Assembly (NCBI GenBank): GCA_902777205.1 | Contig: CACYSU010000003.1 | Coordinates: 95,492 to 159,491 of the forward strand | DNA from: an uncultured Rhodospirillales bacterium | GTDB taxonomy: Bacteria; Pseudomonadota; Alphaproteobacteria; CAAGCB01; CAG-977 | Reading direction: 5' to 3' | Length of the DNA: 64,000 nucleotides | Part shown: piece by piece, positions 19,370-29,458 of the stretch | How the letters are laid out: every line of letters starts with the position of its first letter | How positions within the stretch are numbered: the stretch's first letter is position 1 | The notes under the pieces: model-generated | What the model was told of the DNA's origin: nothing | Databases searched by the model: none | Seen by the model: the letters and a program-made list of their open reading frames with translations, nothing else | Program-made: the position numbers and the translations under genes

Positions 19370-19770
19370 CGGCGAACGTATCATTGATTCGTTTCCAAGT
19401 TCACGGCGACGACCGCGGTTCGCTGATCGCGTTGGAAAACGGACACAACCTGCCGTTTGACGTCAAACGCGTGTACTACATTTTCGGCACGAAAGCCGAT
19501 GTACCCCGCGGATTTCACGCGCACCGCCGGTTAAAGCAGGTTTTGGTGGCAATGTCCGGCAGCGTCACCGTGAAAACCGAACACAACGGCAAAATCGAAA
19601 CGCATCTGCTGAACCGTTCCGACGAAGGATTGCTGATCGAAGGGCTGGTCTGGCGTGAAATGCACGACTTTTCCCCCGATTGTGTGCTGTTGGTTCTGGC
19701 GGACGAATACTATAACGAAAGCGATTACATCAGGGATTATGAGTTGTTTAAAAAGGAAGAATCCAGATGA
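19366..19770 (+). CDS. fdtA: Sugar 3,4-ketoisomerase (FdtA/QdtA cupin)
   Basis: GDDRGSLIALE, RGFHAH, WREMHDFS. Confidence 0.9.
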   Translation: MTANVSLIRFQVHGDDRGSLIALENGHNLPFDVKRVYYIFGTKADVPRGFHAHRRLKQVLVAMSGSVTVKTEHNGKIETHLLNRSDEGLLIEGLVWREMHDFSPDCVLLVLADEYYNESDYIRDYELFKKEESR

Positions 19771-20303
19771 TAAAAAACACACATGATTTTAAACCGCTCG
19801 AAGGAAAATACGTCAATTTACGCGAAGTCGAACTTGACGACGCGGCGTTTATTCTTGCATTGCGCTGCGATGAAAAAAAGTCCCGCTTTTTGCATAAAAC
19901 GGAAAACAATCTGGAAAAACAGATCGAATACCTGAAACATTATAAAACGCTGGATAACGAATGGTATTTCATCATTGAAAACAAACAACACGAACCGTTG
20001 GGAACAAGCAGGATTTACGATGTCCGCGGATCTCAATACACCGGCGGCAGTTGGTTGATGAAGGACGGGGCCTTGCCGGAAGAAACGCTGGAAGGGGTTT
20101 TGCTGGGACGGCAAATGGCCTTTGAAACGATCTGTTTCGAAAAGGATTGTTACGATGTTCGTAAAGCCAATAAAAAAGTCGTTCGTTTCCATAAAATGTG
20201 CGGAGCGAAAATCGTTGAGGAAAATGACATCGATTATTTTTTTGAAATGACCAGAGACGTTTTTGAGAAAGTGAAGCCGCGGCTTTACGCGATGTTGGGA
20301 TAA
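19767..20303 (+). CDS. GNAT N-acyltransferase (RimJ-like), likely amino-sugar N-acylation
   Basis: VNLREVELDDAAFILALR, GSWLMK, DVRKANKKVVRFH; follows fdtA. Confidence 0.75.
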   Translation: MIKNTHDFKPLEGKYVNLREVELDDAAFILALRCDEKKSRFLHKTENNLEKQIEYLKHYKTLDNEWYFIIENKQHEPLGTSRIYDVRGSQYTGGSWLMKDGALPEETLEGVLLGRQMAFETICFEKDCYDVRKANKKVVRFHKMCGAKIVEENDIDYFFEMTRDVFEKVKPRLYAMLG

Positions 20304-20313
20304 GGAAAAAAAG

Positions 20314-21048
20314 ATGGTTTCATTTTCTTCGGATCAACGTTTCATTGTTACGGGAGCTTCTTCCGGAATCGGACGGGGTGTCGCATTGTTATTGAATGAA
20401 TTAGGCGCTACGGTAATCGGAATCGCTCGCAATCAAAAACGGTTGGAAGCGATGAAGGCCAAAGCAAAATATCCCGAACACGTCTTTTTGGAACAAAAAG
20501 ATTTAGCTGAAGATATGGAAGGCTTGCCTGCGTATGTCAAAGCGTTGAAAGACAAATACGGCAAGTTTTCCGGTATGGCTTATTGTGCCGGAAGCGTTCC
20601 TATTCAGCCTTTGGCGGCAACAGATTATAATGCCTTGCTTGAAACGTTGAATATTAATTATATCGCTCCCGTTCTTGCGGCGAAGGGGGTGGCGGATAAA
20701 AGGAACAATATTGGCGCAGGGACGTCTATGGTTTTTATTTCTTCCGCGTCTTCTTTGATTTCGGATAAAGGACATTTGACGTATGCGGGAAGCAAAGCCG
20801 CTTTGTGCGCTTCCGTTCGATCTATGGCAAAAGAATACGCGAAAAACAGAATTAGAATGAACTGCATTTTGCCGACCAATATTAAAACGGAAAAATCGCC
20901 GCAGGAATACATTGATTCACAAATAGCCTCTTATCCAATGGGCTTTGGAGAACCGATCGATGTCGCGAATTTGGCCGCGTTTTTACTGTCTTCGGAAGCA
21001 TCGTGGATTACGGGACAGAATTATATTTTGGACTGTGCGAGTTTTTAG
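20314..21048 (+). CDS. SDR oxidoreductase (FabG-like)
   Basis: TGASSGIG, YAGSKAAL, WITGQ. Confidence 0.88.
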   Translation: MVSFSSDQRFIVTGASSGIGRGVALLLNELGATVIGIARNQKRLEAMKAKAKYPEHVFLEQKDLAEDMEGLPAYVKALKDKYGKFSGMAYCAGSVPIQPLAATDYNALLETLNINYIAPVLAAKGVADKRNNIGAGTSMVFISSASSLISDKGHLTYAGSKAALCASVRSMAKEYAKNRIRMNCILPTNIKTEKSPQEYIDSQIASYPMGFGEPIDVANLAAFLLSSEASWITGQNYILDCASF

Positions 21049-21058
21049 GGGACGGCAA

Positions 21059-22189
21059 ATGGCAACAGCATCATTTAAAAATACGCGGATGATAGGTATT
21101 AAAACGGTTGTTCCGGAACATTGCGTCAATATAGACGACGAACTGCGGTATTTCGAAAATAACCCGAAAAAGCTTTCCCGAGCTAAAAAAATGATGGGAT
21201 ACGGCCGCAGATATATTGCTGACGACAACACAACCGTTACGGATATGGCGGTCGATGCAGCCGAAATACTAATGGCTGAAATGAAAATCAATCGCGATGA
21301 AATCGATTTACTGATTTTCGTCAATCAAAATCCCGATTATCCGCGCCCGAGTGATGTATGTTTGGCGCACGGACGTTTAAATTTAAAGAAAGCGTGTACT
21401 TCTCTTCAAATCAATTTGGGGTGTTCCGGATATGTCCATGCGTTAATGACGGCGGCCGGATTGATGTCTTCGGGGGCATTTAAGCTCTGTCTGCTTTTAT
21501 GCGGAGACAATCCGGCACACGATATTTCCGTTGATAACAGGAAAATCGCTCCCGTATTCGGGGATGCCGTTTCGGCAACGCTTTTAAAATATGATTGCAA
21601 TGCGCCGGAATCGTTTTTTGTAACGGGAACGAACGGAAAAAAATGGGATAAAATCATTCATCCGTTCGGCGGTCAAGCTCTCCCGTTCAAAAAGGAGGAT
21701 TTCGATTTTCGGATTCATGATGAAGCAGGCAATGTCTGGACGGCGGAACAGGGACTGATGAAAGGCGAAGATGTCTTTAATTTCACGATGGATGTTGCTC
21801 CCGCATTATTGAACGACACGATGAAAGCAGCAAATTGGACAGCAGAAGATGTGGATTTGTTTGCAATTCATCAAGCGAATAAACAAATTGTAGAAGCGAT
21901 TGTTTTTAAGGCGGAAATCCCTGCACAAAAAGCTCCTGTCGAAACGTTTTCACGGTATGCGAACAATTCGGTCAATTCCGTTGCAACCGTATTGTGCGAT
22001 CAAAAAAGAGATTTGAAAAAAGTCGTTCTTTGTTCTTTCGGCATCGGACTTTCGTGGGGCGGAGCCGCACTTGATTTATCTGGAATGTATAACGGCGGGA
22101 TTTCAACTTACATTTCCCCGAAAGCGAAACCGACGCGTGAACAACAAATTCAACACTGGATTAACTACTTTAAAGGAGACGAAAAATGA
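21059..22189 (+). CDS. Ketoacyl-ACP synthase III-like (FabH family)
   Basis: LGCSGY (Cys), HQAN (His), YANNS (Asn), FGIGLSWG. Confidence 0.88.
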   Translation: MATASFKNTRMIGIKTVVPEHCVNIDDELRYFENNPKKLSRAKKMMGYGRRYIADDNTTVTDMAVDAAEILMAEMKINRDEIDLLIFVNQNPDYPRPSDVCLAHGRLNLKKACTSLQINLGCSGYVHALMTAAGLMSSGAFKLCLLLCGDNPAHDISVDNRKIAPVFGDAVSATLLKYDCNAPESFFVTGTNGKKWDKIIHPFGGQALPFKKEDFDFRIHDEAGNVWTAEQGLMKGEDVFNFTMDVAPALLNDTMKAANWTAEDVDLFAIHQANKQIVEAIVFKAEIPAQKAPVETFSRYANNSVNSVATVLCDQKRDLKKVVLCSFGIGLSWGGAALDLSGMYNGGISTYISPKAKPTREQQIQHWINYFKGDEK

Positions 22190-22404
22190 CGAACGAAGAA
22201 TTTTTAACGGAAATGCAGGACGTTTTGCAGACGGAAGAAGAATTGTCTATGGACACCGTTCTGGATGATTTGGATGAATGGGATTCTCTGTCCGTTATGG
22301 CGACGATGGCGTTTTTGGAAAAGTCTTTCGGCATCAAGACGACAATGAAAGATTATCACGAAATGAAAACAATCGGCGATATCGCTAAAAAAGCGGGACT
22401 GTAA
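22186..22404 (+). CDS. Acyl carrier protein
   Basis: 72 aa, acidic, WDSL phosphopantetheine Ser motif. Confidence 0.88.
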   Translation: MTNEEFLTEMQDVLQTEEELSMDTVLDDLDEWDSLSVMATMAFLEKSFGIKTTMKDYHEMKTIGDIAKKAGL

Positions 22405-22406
22405 AG

Positions 22407-22817
22407 ATGATCAAAGGATTGCACCATATCGGCATAGCTTCCCGTAATATTGCGAAGGATACCGCGTTTTTTGAAACGTTTGGGTATCATCCGCAAAGTC
22501 CCGAACGTGAGGATGTTCAGGCGGATATCCGTGTGCAATTTCTGTCTGCCGGAAATCAGCCGGATTTGGAGCTTGTCGCCAATTTAAGCAAAGAGGGACC
22601 GGTGTCCCCTCATTTGCAGGCGCGGCGGAAAATTTTTCATTTTGCATACGAAACAGATGATATCGAAGCGGATGCGCAAAAAATGATTGACGAGCAAAAC
22701 GCTTCTTTTCTGGTTCCCATAACGCAGGTTGAGGACGGTTCGTCAAACATCAAAGCGTGGTGCTATTTGATGTTTCGCAACATGATGATTGTCGAACTGG
22801 TAGAGCTGAAAGGATAA
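22407..22817 (+). CDS. VOC/glyoxalase family protein (methylmalonyl-CoA epimerase-like)
   Basis: LHHIGIA, LELV, FHFAYETDDI, IVELVE. Confidence 0.8.
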   Translation: MIKGLHHIGIASRNIAKDTAFFETFGYHPQSPEREDVQADIRVQFLSAGNQPDLELVANLSKEGPVSPHLQARRKIFHFAYETDDIEADAQKMIDEQNASFLVPITQVEDGSSNIKAWCYLMFRNMMIVELVELKG

Positions 22818-22820
22818 AAT

Positions 22821-23561
22821 ATGTCTGAATTTAAAAACGAACAGATATTTGTCGTAACAGGAGCTTCTTCAGGTATCGGTCAAGCTGTTGCGTGGAAATT
22901 GATCAAAGAAGGAGCGTCTGTTATCGGCGTAGACCGGAATATGGACGGCTTGCAGGCTTCTAAACAACAGGCTGAATGTCCGGACAGATTTTTTTGCGAA
23001 CAAAAAAATCTGGCGGAAGACGTTGCCTCTTTGCCTGATTTTATATCGGCATTAAAGGATAAATACGGCAAACTGCAAGGTGTTGCCTGTTGCGCGGGAA
23101 TAACGGAAATGAGACCGTTGCGCGCATTGGATATCGACCAGATGAAGCGTCTGTTCGACATCAATTATTATGCGCCGATATTTTTAGCAAAAGGCTTCGT
23201 TGACAAACGCGTCAACAACGGCAGCGGCTCCTCTTTCGTTTCGATTGCCTCCATTGCCAGCAAAAGTCCGGCAAAAGCGGTCATTACCTATTCGGGATCA
23301 AAAGCGGCATTGGCAATATCCATGGTTGCTATCGCCAAAGAATATGCTTCCAAGGGGATACGTTTTAATACTGTTTCCCCTTCTGACATTGATACGCCGA
23401 TGACACAGAAGATTCCTGAAATTATGGACAAGGTTCGTGATTTTTATCCGATGGGATTCGGAAAACCGGAAGATGTCGCCAATGTTGTTTCATTTTTGCT
23501 GTCCGATCGGGCAAAATGGATTACGGGACAAAACTACGTTATCGACTGCGCCAGCAGATAA
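22821..23561 (+). CDS. SDR oxidoreductase, paralog of 20314-21048
   Basis: TGASSGIG, YSGSKAAL, YPMGFG, WITGQNY. Confidence 0.88.
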   Translation: MSEFKNEQIFVVTGASSGIGQAVAWKLIKEGASVIGVDRNMDGLQASKQQAECPDRFFCEQKNLAEDVASLPDFISALKDKYGKLQGVACCAGITEMRPLRALDIDQMKRLFDINYYAPIFLAKGFVDKRVNNGSGSSFVSIASIASKSPAKAVITYSGSKAALAISMVAIAKEYASKGIRFNTVSPSDIDTPMTQKIPEIMDKVRDFYPMGFGKPEDVANVVSFLLSDRAKWITGQNYVIDCASR

Positions 23562-23573
23562 TCGGGGGAGACT

Positions 23574-24716
23574 ATGCCGAAGTCAAAGTTCAATCACGTT
23601 AAAATCTGCGGTATCACGGCTGTTGTTCCGGAACAATTCATCAATATCGACGATGAAATAGAGTTTTTCAACAACGACATTAAATTGTTGGAACGCAATA
23701 AAAAGATTCTGGGACTGGGCAAACGTCATGTTGCCGACGACCGCACGACGAATTGCGATTTGTGCGAAGCGGCGGCTCGCGATTTGATTGACGCTTTGAA
23801 TGTCGACAAAGATACGATTGATGCGTTAATTGTTGTTTCCGCATCGCATGATTACCACTATCCGGCATCGGCGTGCGTGCTTCACGGCCGATTGGATTTG
23901 AATGAAGAATGTTCCTGTTTTGATGTGTCGGGTTTGGCGTGTTCGGCGTATGTCCACGGACTGTGGCTGGCTCATTCTTTGATTTCCGGCGGAGCGGCAA
24001 AAAAATGCCTTTTATTAACGGGTGATATTGTTTCACGTCATTCCGACCGACGTAACAGAAACTCGAATATGCTGTTCGGCGATGCCGGAACGGCGACACT
24101 TTTTGAATATACGGAAGAAGAAAACACTGCGTATTTTTATACGGGAACGCGCGGCAAAGGGTGGGACGCTCTGATAGCTCCCGCCGGCGGATATGACTTG
24201 CCCGTCCGTGAAGATATCGCTTCGCTGGAGTATACCGACGGGACGGGGAACGTCTGGCATTTATGGGACGATATCATGAAAGGGATGGAGGTTTTCAAGT
24301 TCACGACCGATGTCGGACCGCGGGGGATTCAGGAAATCCTTTCTTATGCCGGAAAGACGGTGGAGGATATCGATTATTTTGCTTTTCATCAGGCGAACAA
24401 GCAAATTGTCAGAACGGTTGCGATGTATGCCAAACTGCCCAAAGACAAATTTTCGACAGAGACCTTTTCACAATATGGCAACTGCAGTTCGGCGTCCGTT
24501 ACGACGGACATTTGCCGGCAGCTGAAGGCAAAAGAAGCAAAGACCGTATGCTTGGCAACTTTCGGCGTGGGGTTGTCATGGGGCTTCGGCATATTGAATT
24601 TCGATAAAGCGTATGTCGGCGGAATACGGCTGTATAAAACGCCGGAAAGCAAAATGTCGCGCGAAGAAAAAATCAAATACTGGGTGAACTATTTCAGGGA
24701 TGGAAACAATGCTTGA
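23574..24716 (+). CDS. Ketoacyl-ACP synthase III-like (FabH family), paralog of 21059-22189
   Basis: LACSAY, HQAN, YGNCSS, FGVGLSWG. Confidence 0.88.
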   Translation: MPKSKFNHVKICGITAVVPEQFINIDDEIEFFNNDIKLLERNKKILGLGKRHVADDRTTNCDLCEAAARDLIDALNVDKDTIDALIVVSASHDYHYPASACVLHGRLDLNEECSCFDVSGLACSAYVHGLWLAHSLISGGAAKKCLLLTGDIVSRHSDRRNRNSNMLFGDAGTATLFEYTEEENTAYFYTGTRGKGWDALIAPAGGYDLPVREDIASLEYTDGTGNVWHLWDDIMKGMEVFKFTTDVGPRGIQEILSYAGKTVEDIDYFAFHQANKQIVRTVAMYAKLPKDKFSTETFSQYGNCSSASVTTDICRQLKAKEAKTVCLATFGVGLSWGFGILNFDKAYVGGIRLYKTPESKMSREEKIKYWVNYFRDGNNA

Positions 24717-25446
24717 AGGAAAGAATGTTTTAATTACGGGAACGAACCGCGGTATCGGACAAGCGATTTTAAAAGAATGCGCCGCCAACGGAGCTTCGGT
24801 TTGGGCTCACGCCAGAAAAGAAACGCCGGAATTTGTCAGTCTCTTAAACGAAGTGTCCGAGCAATACCCCGCTGAAATCCGTCCTGTTTATTTTGATATG
24901 ACTGATAAGGACGCAATGAAAAAAGCGGTGATGGAAATCCGTTCTTCGAAATTGCCTGTTGACGCTTTGATCAATAATGCCGGAATGATGCACAACGCAT
25001 CGTTTCAGATGTCGTCTGAAAAAGCTTTGCGCGATGTTTTCGAAGTTAATTTCTTTGCGACTTTTTTATTGACGCAGTATATCGCCAACTTAATGGTGCG
25101 CCAAAAACACGGTAGTATCGTTACCGTTTCATCAATGGGCGCTTTGGACGGCAATCCGGGGAAAGCCGTTTACGGTGCATCCAAAGCAGCTTTGGTTACG
25201 ATGTCCCGCGTAATAGCTAATGAACTGGGAACTCAGGGTGTTCGTTCAAACTGTATCGCTCCCGGGGTGATAGAAACGGACATTTTGCAAACAATGCCCG
25301 AAAGCGAACTGCTGAAAGCAAAAGAATTGACGCCGATGAAAAGGACGGGATTGCCTGACGAAGTTGCGTCCGTCGCCGTATTTTTAGCATCAGACAAATC
25401 TTCGTTTATCAACGGTCAGGTTATTCGGGTGGATGGAGGATTATAA
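24700..25446 (+). CDS. 3-oxoacyl-ACP reductase (FabG-like)
   Basis: TGTNRGIG, NNAG, YGASKAAL, INGQVIRVDGG; start may be 24709. Confidence 0.88.
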   Translation: METMLEGKNVLITGTNRGIGQAILKECAANGASVWAHARKETPEFVSLLNEVSEQYPAEIRPVYFDMTDKDAMKKAVMEIRSSKLPVDALINNAGMMHNASFQMSSEKALRDVFEVNFFATFLLTQYIANLMVRQKHGSIVTVSSMGALDGNPGKAVYGASKAALVTMSRVIANELGTQGVRSNCIAPGVIETDILQTMPESELLKAKELTPMKRTGLPDEVASVAVFLASDKSSFINGQVIRVDGGL

Positions 25447-26256
25447 ATGCAGGATTTAGCAAGACATTCACAAAATATCAGAAGAAAAATTATAGAAACA
25501 GCAGGAACAAGATTTTCTGCACACTTTGGTGGAAGTCTTTCATCCGTGGATGTTTTGAGTGCTTTATTTGGAAAAATTATGAATATTTCCGCCGAAAAAG
25601 CGACTGATCCAAATCGGGACCGTTTTATTTTAAGTAAAGGGCATTGCGCTTTAGGGCTATATGCGGCTTTAAATGAATTCGGTTTCATCAGTGATGAGGA
25701 TTTAAGCACATTCGATAAAGATGCGGGATCTTTCCCGACGCATTGCGTCCAATCTTGCGAGAAAGGAATAGAAATATCAAGCGGTTCATTGGGGTTGGGG
25801 CTGTCAATGGCTGTTGGCATTGCATTGGCGTTAAAAGCTAAAAAATCTTCCGCAAAGGTTTATGTTCTTTGCGGGAACGGCGAAGCAAACGAAGGTATTT
25901 TTTGGGAAGCCGTTATGTTTGCCGGCGTTTCGGAACTGAATAATCTGATTTTAATTCTTGATAATAACAAGATGCAAAACGATGGTTTTTCGAAAGAAGT
26001 GATGGATATTAAAAATTGGGATGAACGTTTGAAAGCTTTTGGCTGGAATATTTGTAATGTTGACGGACATAATTTGGAAGCTTTGATAAATCAGTTGAAA
26101 ACGCCTTCTGCAAAGGAGCCTTTAGCGATTATTGCCAGTACGGTTAAAGGAAAAGGCGTTACGTTTATGGAAAATAACCCGGAATGGCACCATAACAAAC
26201 TTTCCCCGGAACAATATGAAAAAGCTTTGTCTGAAGTTTCGAAAACAGGAGAATGA
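25447..26256 (+). CDS. Transketolase N-terminal (TPP-binding) subunit
   Basis: HFGGSLS, DRFILSKGH, GSLGLGLS, GNGEANEG..WEA, DGHN. Confidence 0.9.
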   Translation: MQDLARHSQNIRRKIIETAGTRFSAHFGGSLSSVDVLSALFGKIMNISAEKATDPNRDRFILSKGHCALGLYAALNEFGFISDEDLSTFDKDAGSFPTHCVQSCEKGIEISSGSLGLGLSMAVGIALALKAKKSSAKVYVLCGNGEANEGIFWEAVMFAGVSELNNLILILDNNKMQNDGFSKEVMDIKNWDERLKAFGWNICNVDGHNLEALINQLKTPSAKEPLAIIASTVKGKGVTFMENNPEWHHNKLSPEQYEKALSEVSKTGE

Positions 26257-26257
26257 A

Positions 26258-27232
26258 ATGCTTGTGGATAATTCTTTTATTCAAAATTTATCTTTACTTG
26301 GATCTCGAGGAACGTTCGGACTGGCTTTAAAGGATATTGAGCCGCGTCGGGAAGATTTAAGAGTGGTGGTGGCAGATGTTAAAACTTCCGCTAAATTGGT
26401 CGATTTTGAAAAACAGGCTCCATCGAAACTGATTAATGTCGGTATTGCCGAACAAAATATGATAGGGATTGCCGCCGGATTAGCACATGAAGGATATACC
26501 GTTTTTACTTCGACTTTTGCGCCTTTTGCTTCCATGCGTTGTTTTGAAATGCTTCGGACTCAGCTGGGATATATGAATCTTAATGTTAAAATTGCCGGTT
26601 TGTTAAGCGGTGTAACGGGCGGCTTGTTCGGAAATACGCATTACGGTTTGGAGGATATAGCGATACTCCGGACAATTCCCAATATGACGGTTTTATCTCC
26701 GGCGGATTGTTTGGAAACATATAAAGCCGTTCTTGCGGCATCCGAAATCAAAGGACCGGTATATATCCGTCTGACGGGAGATCGCGGAACGCCAGCGTTG
26801 TATAAAGAAGATTTTGAATATGAAATCGGAAAAGCCAATATTTTAGCACAAGGAAATGATGTCGCCATTATTGGAACAGGTACGATTTTAAGTGAGGCGA
26901 TGAGAGCCTTAAGAGGATTGAAAAAGTATGACATCTCTGCGACTGTAGTTGATATGCATACGATCAAACCGTTGGATACGACAACATTGGATCAGCTTTT
27001 TGCTACACATAAATTGATCGTTACGCTTGAAGAACATACCGTTGTCGGCGGATTAGGCAGTGCAGTCGCCGAATATAAAGCAACTAAAATCAATGTTCCG
27101 CCACAGATGATTTTAGGAATACAGGACAGTTTTCCGAAAGCGGCTTCAACGGCATTTATTTTAAATCAAAACGGGTTGTCGGCTCCTCGGATTGCGGAAC
27201 GGATTGTTCAGAAATATCAGGAACTTTTTTAA
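26258..27232 (+). CDS. Transketolase C-terminal subunit
   Basis: NVGIAEQNM, GNTHYGLED, DMHTIKPLD, EEHTVVGGLGS. Confidence 0.9.
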   Translation: MLVDNSFIQNLSLLGSRGTFGLALKDIEPRREDLRVVVADVKTSAKLVDFEKQAPSKLINVGIAEQNMIGIAAGLAHEGYTVFTSTFAPFASMRCFEMLRTQLGYMNLNVKIAGLLSGVTGGLFGNTHYGLEDIAILRTIPNMTVLSPADCLETYKAVLAASEIKGPVYIRLTGDRGTPALYKEDFEYEIGKANILAQGNDVAIIGTGTILSEAMRALRGLKKYDISATVVDMHTIKPLDTTTLDQLFATHKLIVTLEEHTVVGGLGSAVAEYKATKINVPPQMILGIQDSFPKAASTAFILNQNGLSAPRIAERIVQKYQELF

Positions 27233-27244
27233 CAGGAGAAAGAA

Positions 27245-27487
27245 ATGTCTGAAAATTTAGAAAAATACACGAACGCATTTTGTCAGGCTTTTGACATCGA
27301 CGCGGACACGGCGAAAGGCTTGAAGTTTCAGGCGATCGACGCTTGGGATTCCGTCGGGCACATGGGCTTGGTCGCACAGATCGAGGAAGCGTTCGACATT
27401 ATGTTGGAACCCGACGACATCGTCGATTTGAACAGCTATGAAAAAGGAAAAGAGATCCTTGCCAAATACAATGTGGAATTTGCTTGA
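27245..27487 (+). CDS. Acyl carrier protein
   Basis: 80 aa, WDSVGHM motif. Confidence 0.88.
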   Translation: MSENLEKYTNAFCQAFDIDADTAKGLKFQAIDAWDSVGHMGLVAQIEEAFDIMLEPDDIVDLNSYEKGKEILAKYNVEFA

Positions 27488-28871
27488 GTTTAAAGACAAC
27501 ACGGCCGTTGTGACGGAAGACGGGGAAACGTTTTCCTACGCGCGGCTGAGCGAGGAAACGGAAGCGTTGGCGGCTGTCATACCCGCCCGCTGTCTGGTTT
27601 TCAATTTGTGTTCGAATACGATCGGTTCTCTGATCGGGTATGTGTCGTTTCTAAATCACGGCATTGTGCCGCTGATGCTGGACGAACACATTGACCGCGA
27701 ACTGCTGGATAATTTCTTGACGCTTTACAAGCCGGATTATCTCTGGCTGCCGAGTGATAAGACGGCGGAATTCAAAGGCGAAGCCGTCTATGCTTCCAAC
27801 GGCTACACGTTGCTGAAGCGGGCGGACGAACACGCTTATCCTTTGTACGGGGAACTGGCATTGTTGCTGACGACTTCGGGATCGACCGGATCGCCGAAAT
27901 TCGTGCGTCAGAGCTATAAGAACATTCAAGCGAACACCCGTTCGATCGTCGAATATCTGGAAATCGGCGAAACGGAACGCGCGATCACGACTTTGCCGAT
28001 GAACTACACCTACGGATTGTCGATCGTCAATACGCATCTGGCGGCGGGGGCGACGCTTCTGCTGACGCGCAAGACGTTGATGCAACGCGAATTCTGGGAC
28101 TTTTTCACACAGCAAAAGGCGACCTCTTTCGGCGGCGTCCCCTACACTTACGAGATGCTGGACAAGCTGATGTTCTTCCGCCGCAAGCTGCCCGATTTGC
28201 GCACGATGACGCAGGCGGGGGGCAAGATTCTGCCCGAACTGCACAAAAAGTTCGCCGAATACGCCGGACGCGAAGGCAAACGCTTTGTCGTGATGTACGG
28301 ACAAGCGGAAGCGACGGCGCGCATGGCGTATCTGCCCGCGGCTAAGGCTTTGGAAAAATGCGGCGCGATGGGGATCGCCATCCCCGGCGGCAAGTTCGAT
28401 CTGATCGATGCGGACGGCGGCAGGATCACAACGCCCGAAACGGTCGGGGAACTGGTCTATACGGGCGACAACGTAACGTTGGGCTATGCCGTTTGCGGTG
28501 AAGATCTGGCCAAAGGCGACGAACGCGGCGGCGTGTTGCAGACGGGCGATATGGCGAAGTTCGACGCGGACGGATATTTTTACATCGTCGGGCGCAAAAA
28601 GCGGTTTTTGAAAATCTTCGGCAACCGCGTGAATCTGGACGAAACGGAACGTCTGATCAAAGCGCATTATCCCGATTTTGAATGCGCCTGCGCGGGCGTT
28701 GACGACGCGATGAAAATCTTTGTTACCGATGAAACGAAAATCAAGGAAGTGCAGGCTTTCGTCGCGGAAAAAACGCATCTGAACTTTACGGCGTTCCACG
28801 TCAAATATTTGCCCGAAATCCCGAAGAACGACGCGGGCAAGACCCTTTATGCGGAGCTGAACGAACGATGA
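27471..28871 (+). CDS. AMP-dependent acyl ligase (adenylate-forming enzyme)
   Basis: TTSGSTGSPK, MYGQAE, TGDMA, GRKKRFLKIFGNRV, PKNDAGK. Confidence 0.9.
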   Translation: MWNLLEFKDNTAVVTEDGETFSYARLSEETEALAAVIPARCLVFNLCSNTIGSLIGYVSFLNHGIVPLMLDEHIDRELLDNFLTLYKPDYLWLPSDKTAEFKGEAVYASNGYTLLKRADEHAYPLYGELALLLTTSGSTGSPKFVRQSYKNIQANTRSIVEYLEIGETERAITTLPMNYTYGLSIVNTHLAAGATLLLTRKTLMQREFWDFFTQQKATSFGGVPYTYEMLDKLMFFRRKLPDLRTMTQAGGKILPELHKKFAEYAGREGKRFVVMYGQAEATARMAYLPAAKALEKCGAMGIAIPGGKFDLIDADGGRITTPETVGELVYTGDNVTLGYAVCGEDLAKGDERGGVLQTGDMAKFDADGYFYIVGRKKRFLKIFGNRVNLDETERLIKAHYPDFECACAGVDDAMKIFVTDETKIKEVQAFVAEKTHLNFTAFHVKYLPEIPKNDAGKTLYAELNER

Positions 28872-29458
28872 CGGAAACGGACAGATACATTGTCGCGCCA
28901 ACCGATGCCGCAAACGAAATCCGTATGCAGCGGAACGGCTTTTTCTTTGCCGACCGCACGGTGAAAACGACGATCGGGCTGTCCAAAATCGCGGTCGATT
29001 TGGACAGGTTCATCCGTTTGCCGATCATCGAAACGACGGATTTTAAAGACGATGTTTTGCGCATTGCCGTCGCTTCATTCGCCTATGACCGGCGTTTCCA
29101 CGTTCTGCCGGATTGTTCGACCGATGTTTCAAGCGTCGTTTTGAAAAAATGGGTTGAAGAGTTGGATACGTTTTTTGTCGCTTTGTTCAAGGAACGGCCT
29201 GTCGGTTTTCTGGCGTTGAAAGAAACGGCGCCGGACACGGTTTTCGTGCATCTGGCGGCGGTCGAGGAAAAATACAGAATGACGGGCGCGGCGATGGCTT
29301 TGTATGCGAACGCCTGCAAAATCGCCAAAGAGCGCGGTTATAAAAAACTGGAGGGGCGCGTCAGTACGCAAAACACGGCTGTAATGAACGTCTATACCGC
29401 TTTCGGCGCGACCTTTTCCGAACCGCAGGACATTTTTATCAAAGAGGGGGAGGCATGA
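28868..29458 (+). CDS. GNAT acyltransferase
   Basis: VHLAAVEEKYRMTG, NTAVMNVY..FG. Confidence 0.7.
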   Translation: MTETDRYIVAPTDAANEIRMQRNGFFFADRTVKTTIGLSKIAVDLDRFIRLPIIETTDFKDDVLRIAVASFAYDRRFHVLPDCSTDVSSVVLKKWVEELDTFFVALFKERPVGFLALKETAPDTVFVHLAAVEEKYRMTGAAMALYANACKIAKERGYKKLEGRVSTQNTAVMNVYTAFGATFSEPQDIFIKEGEA

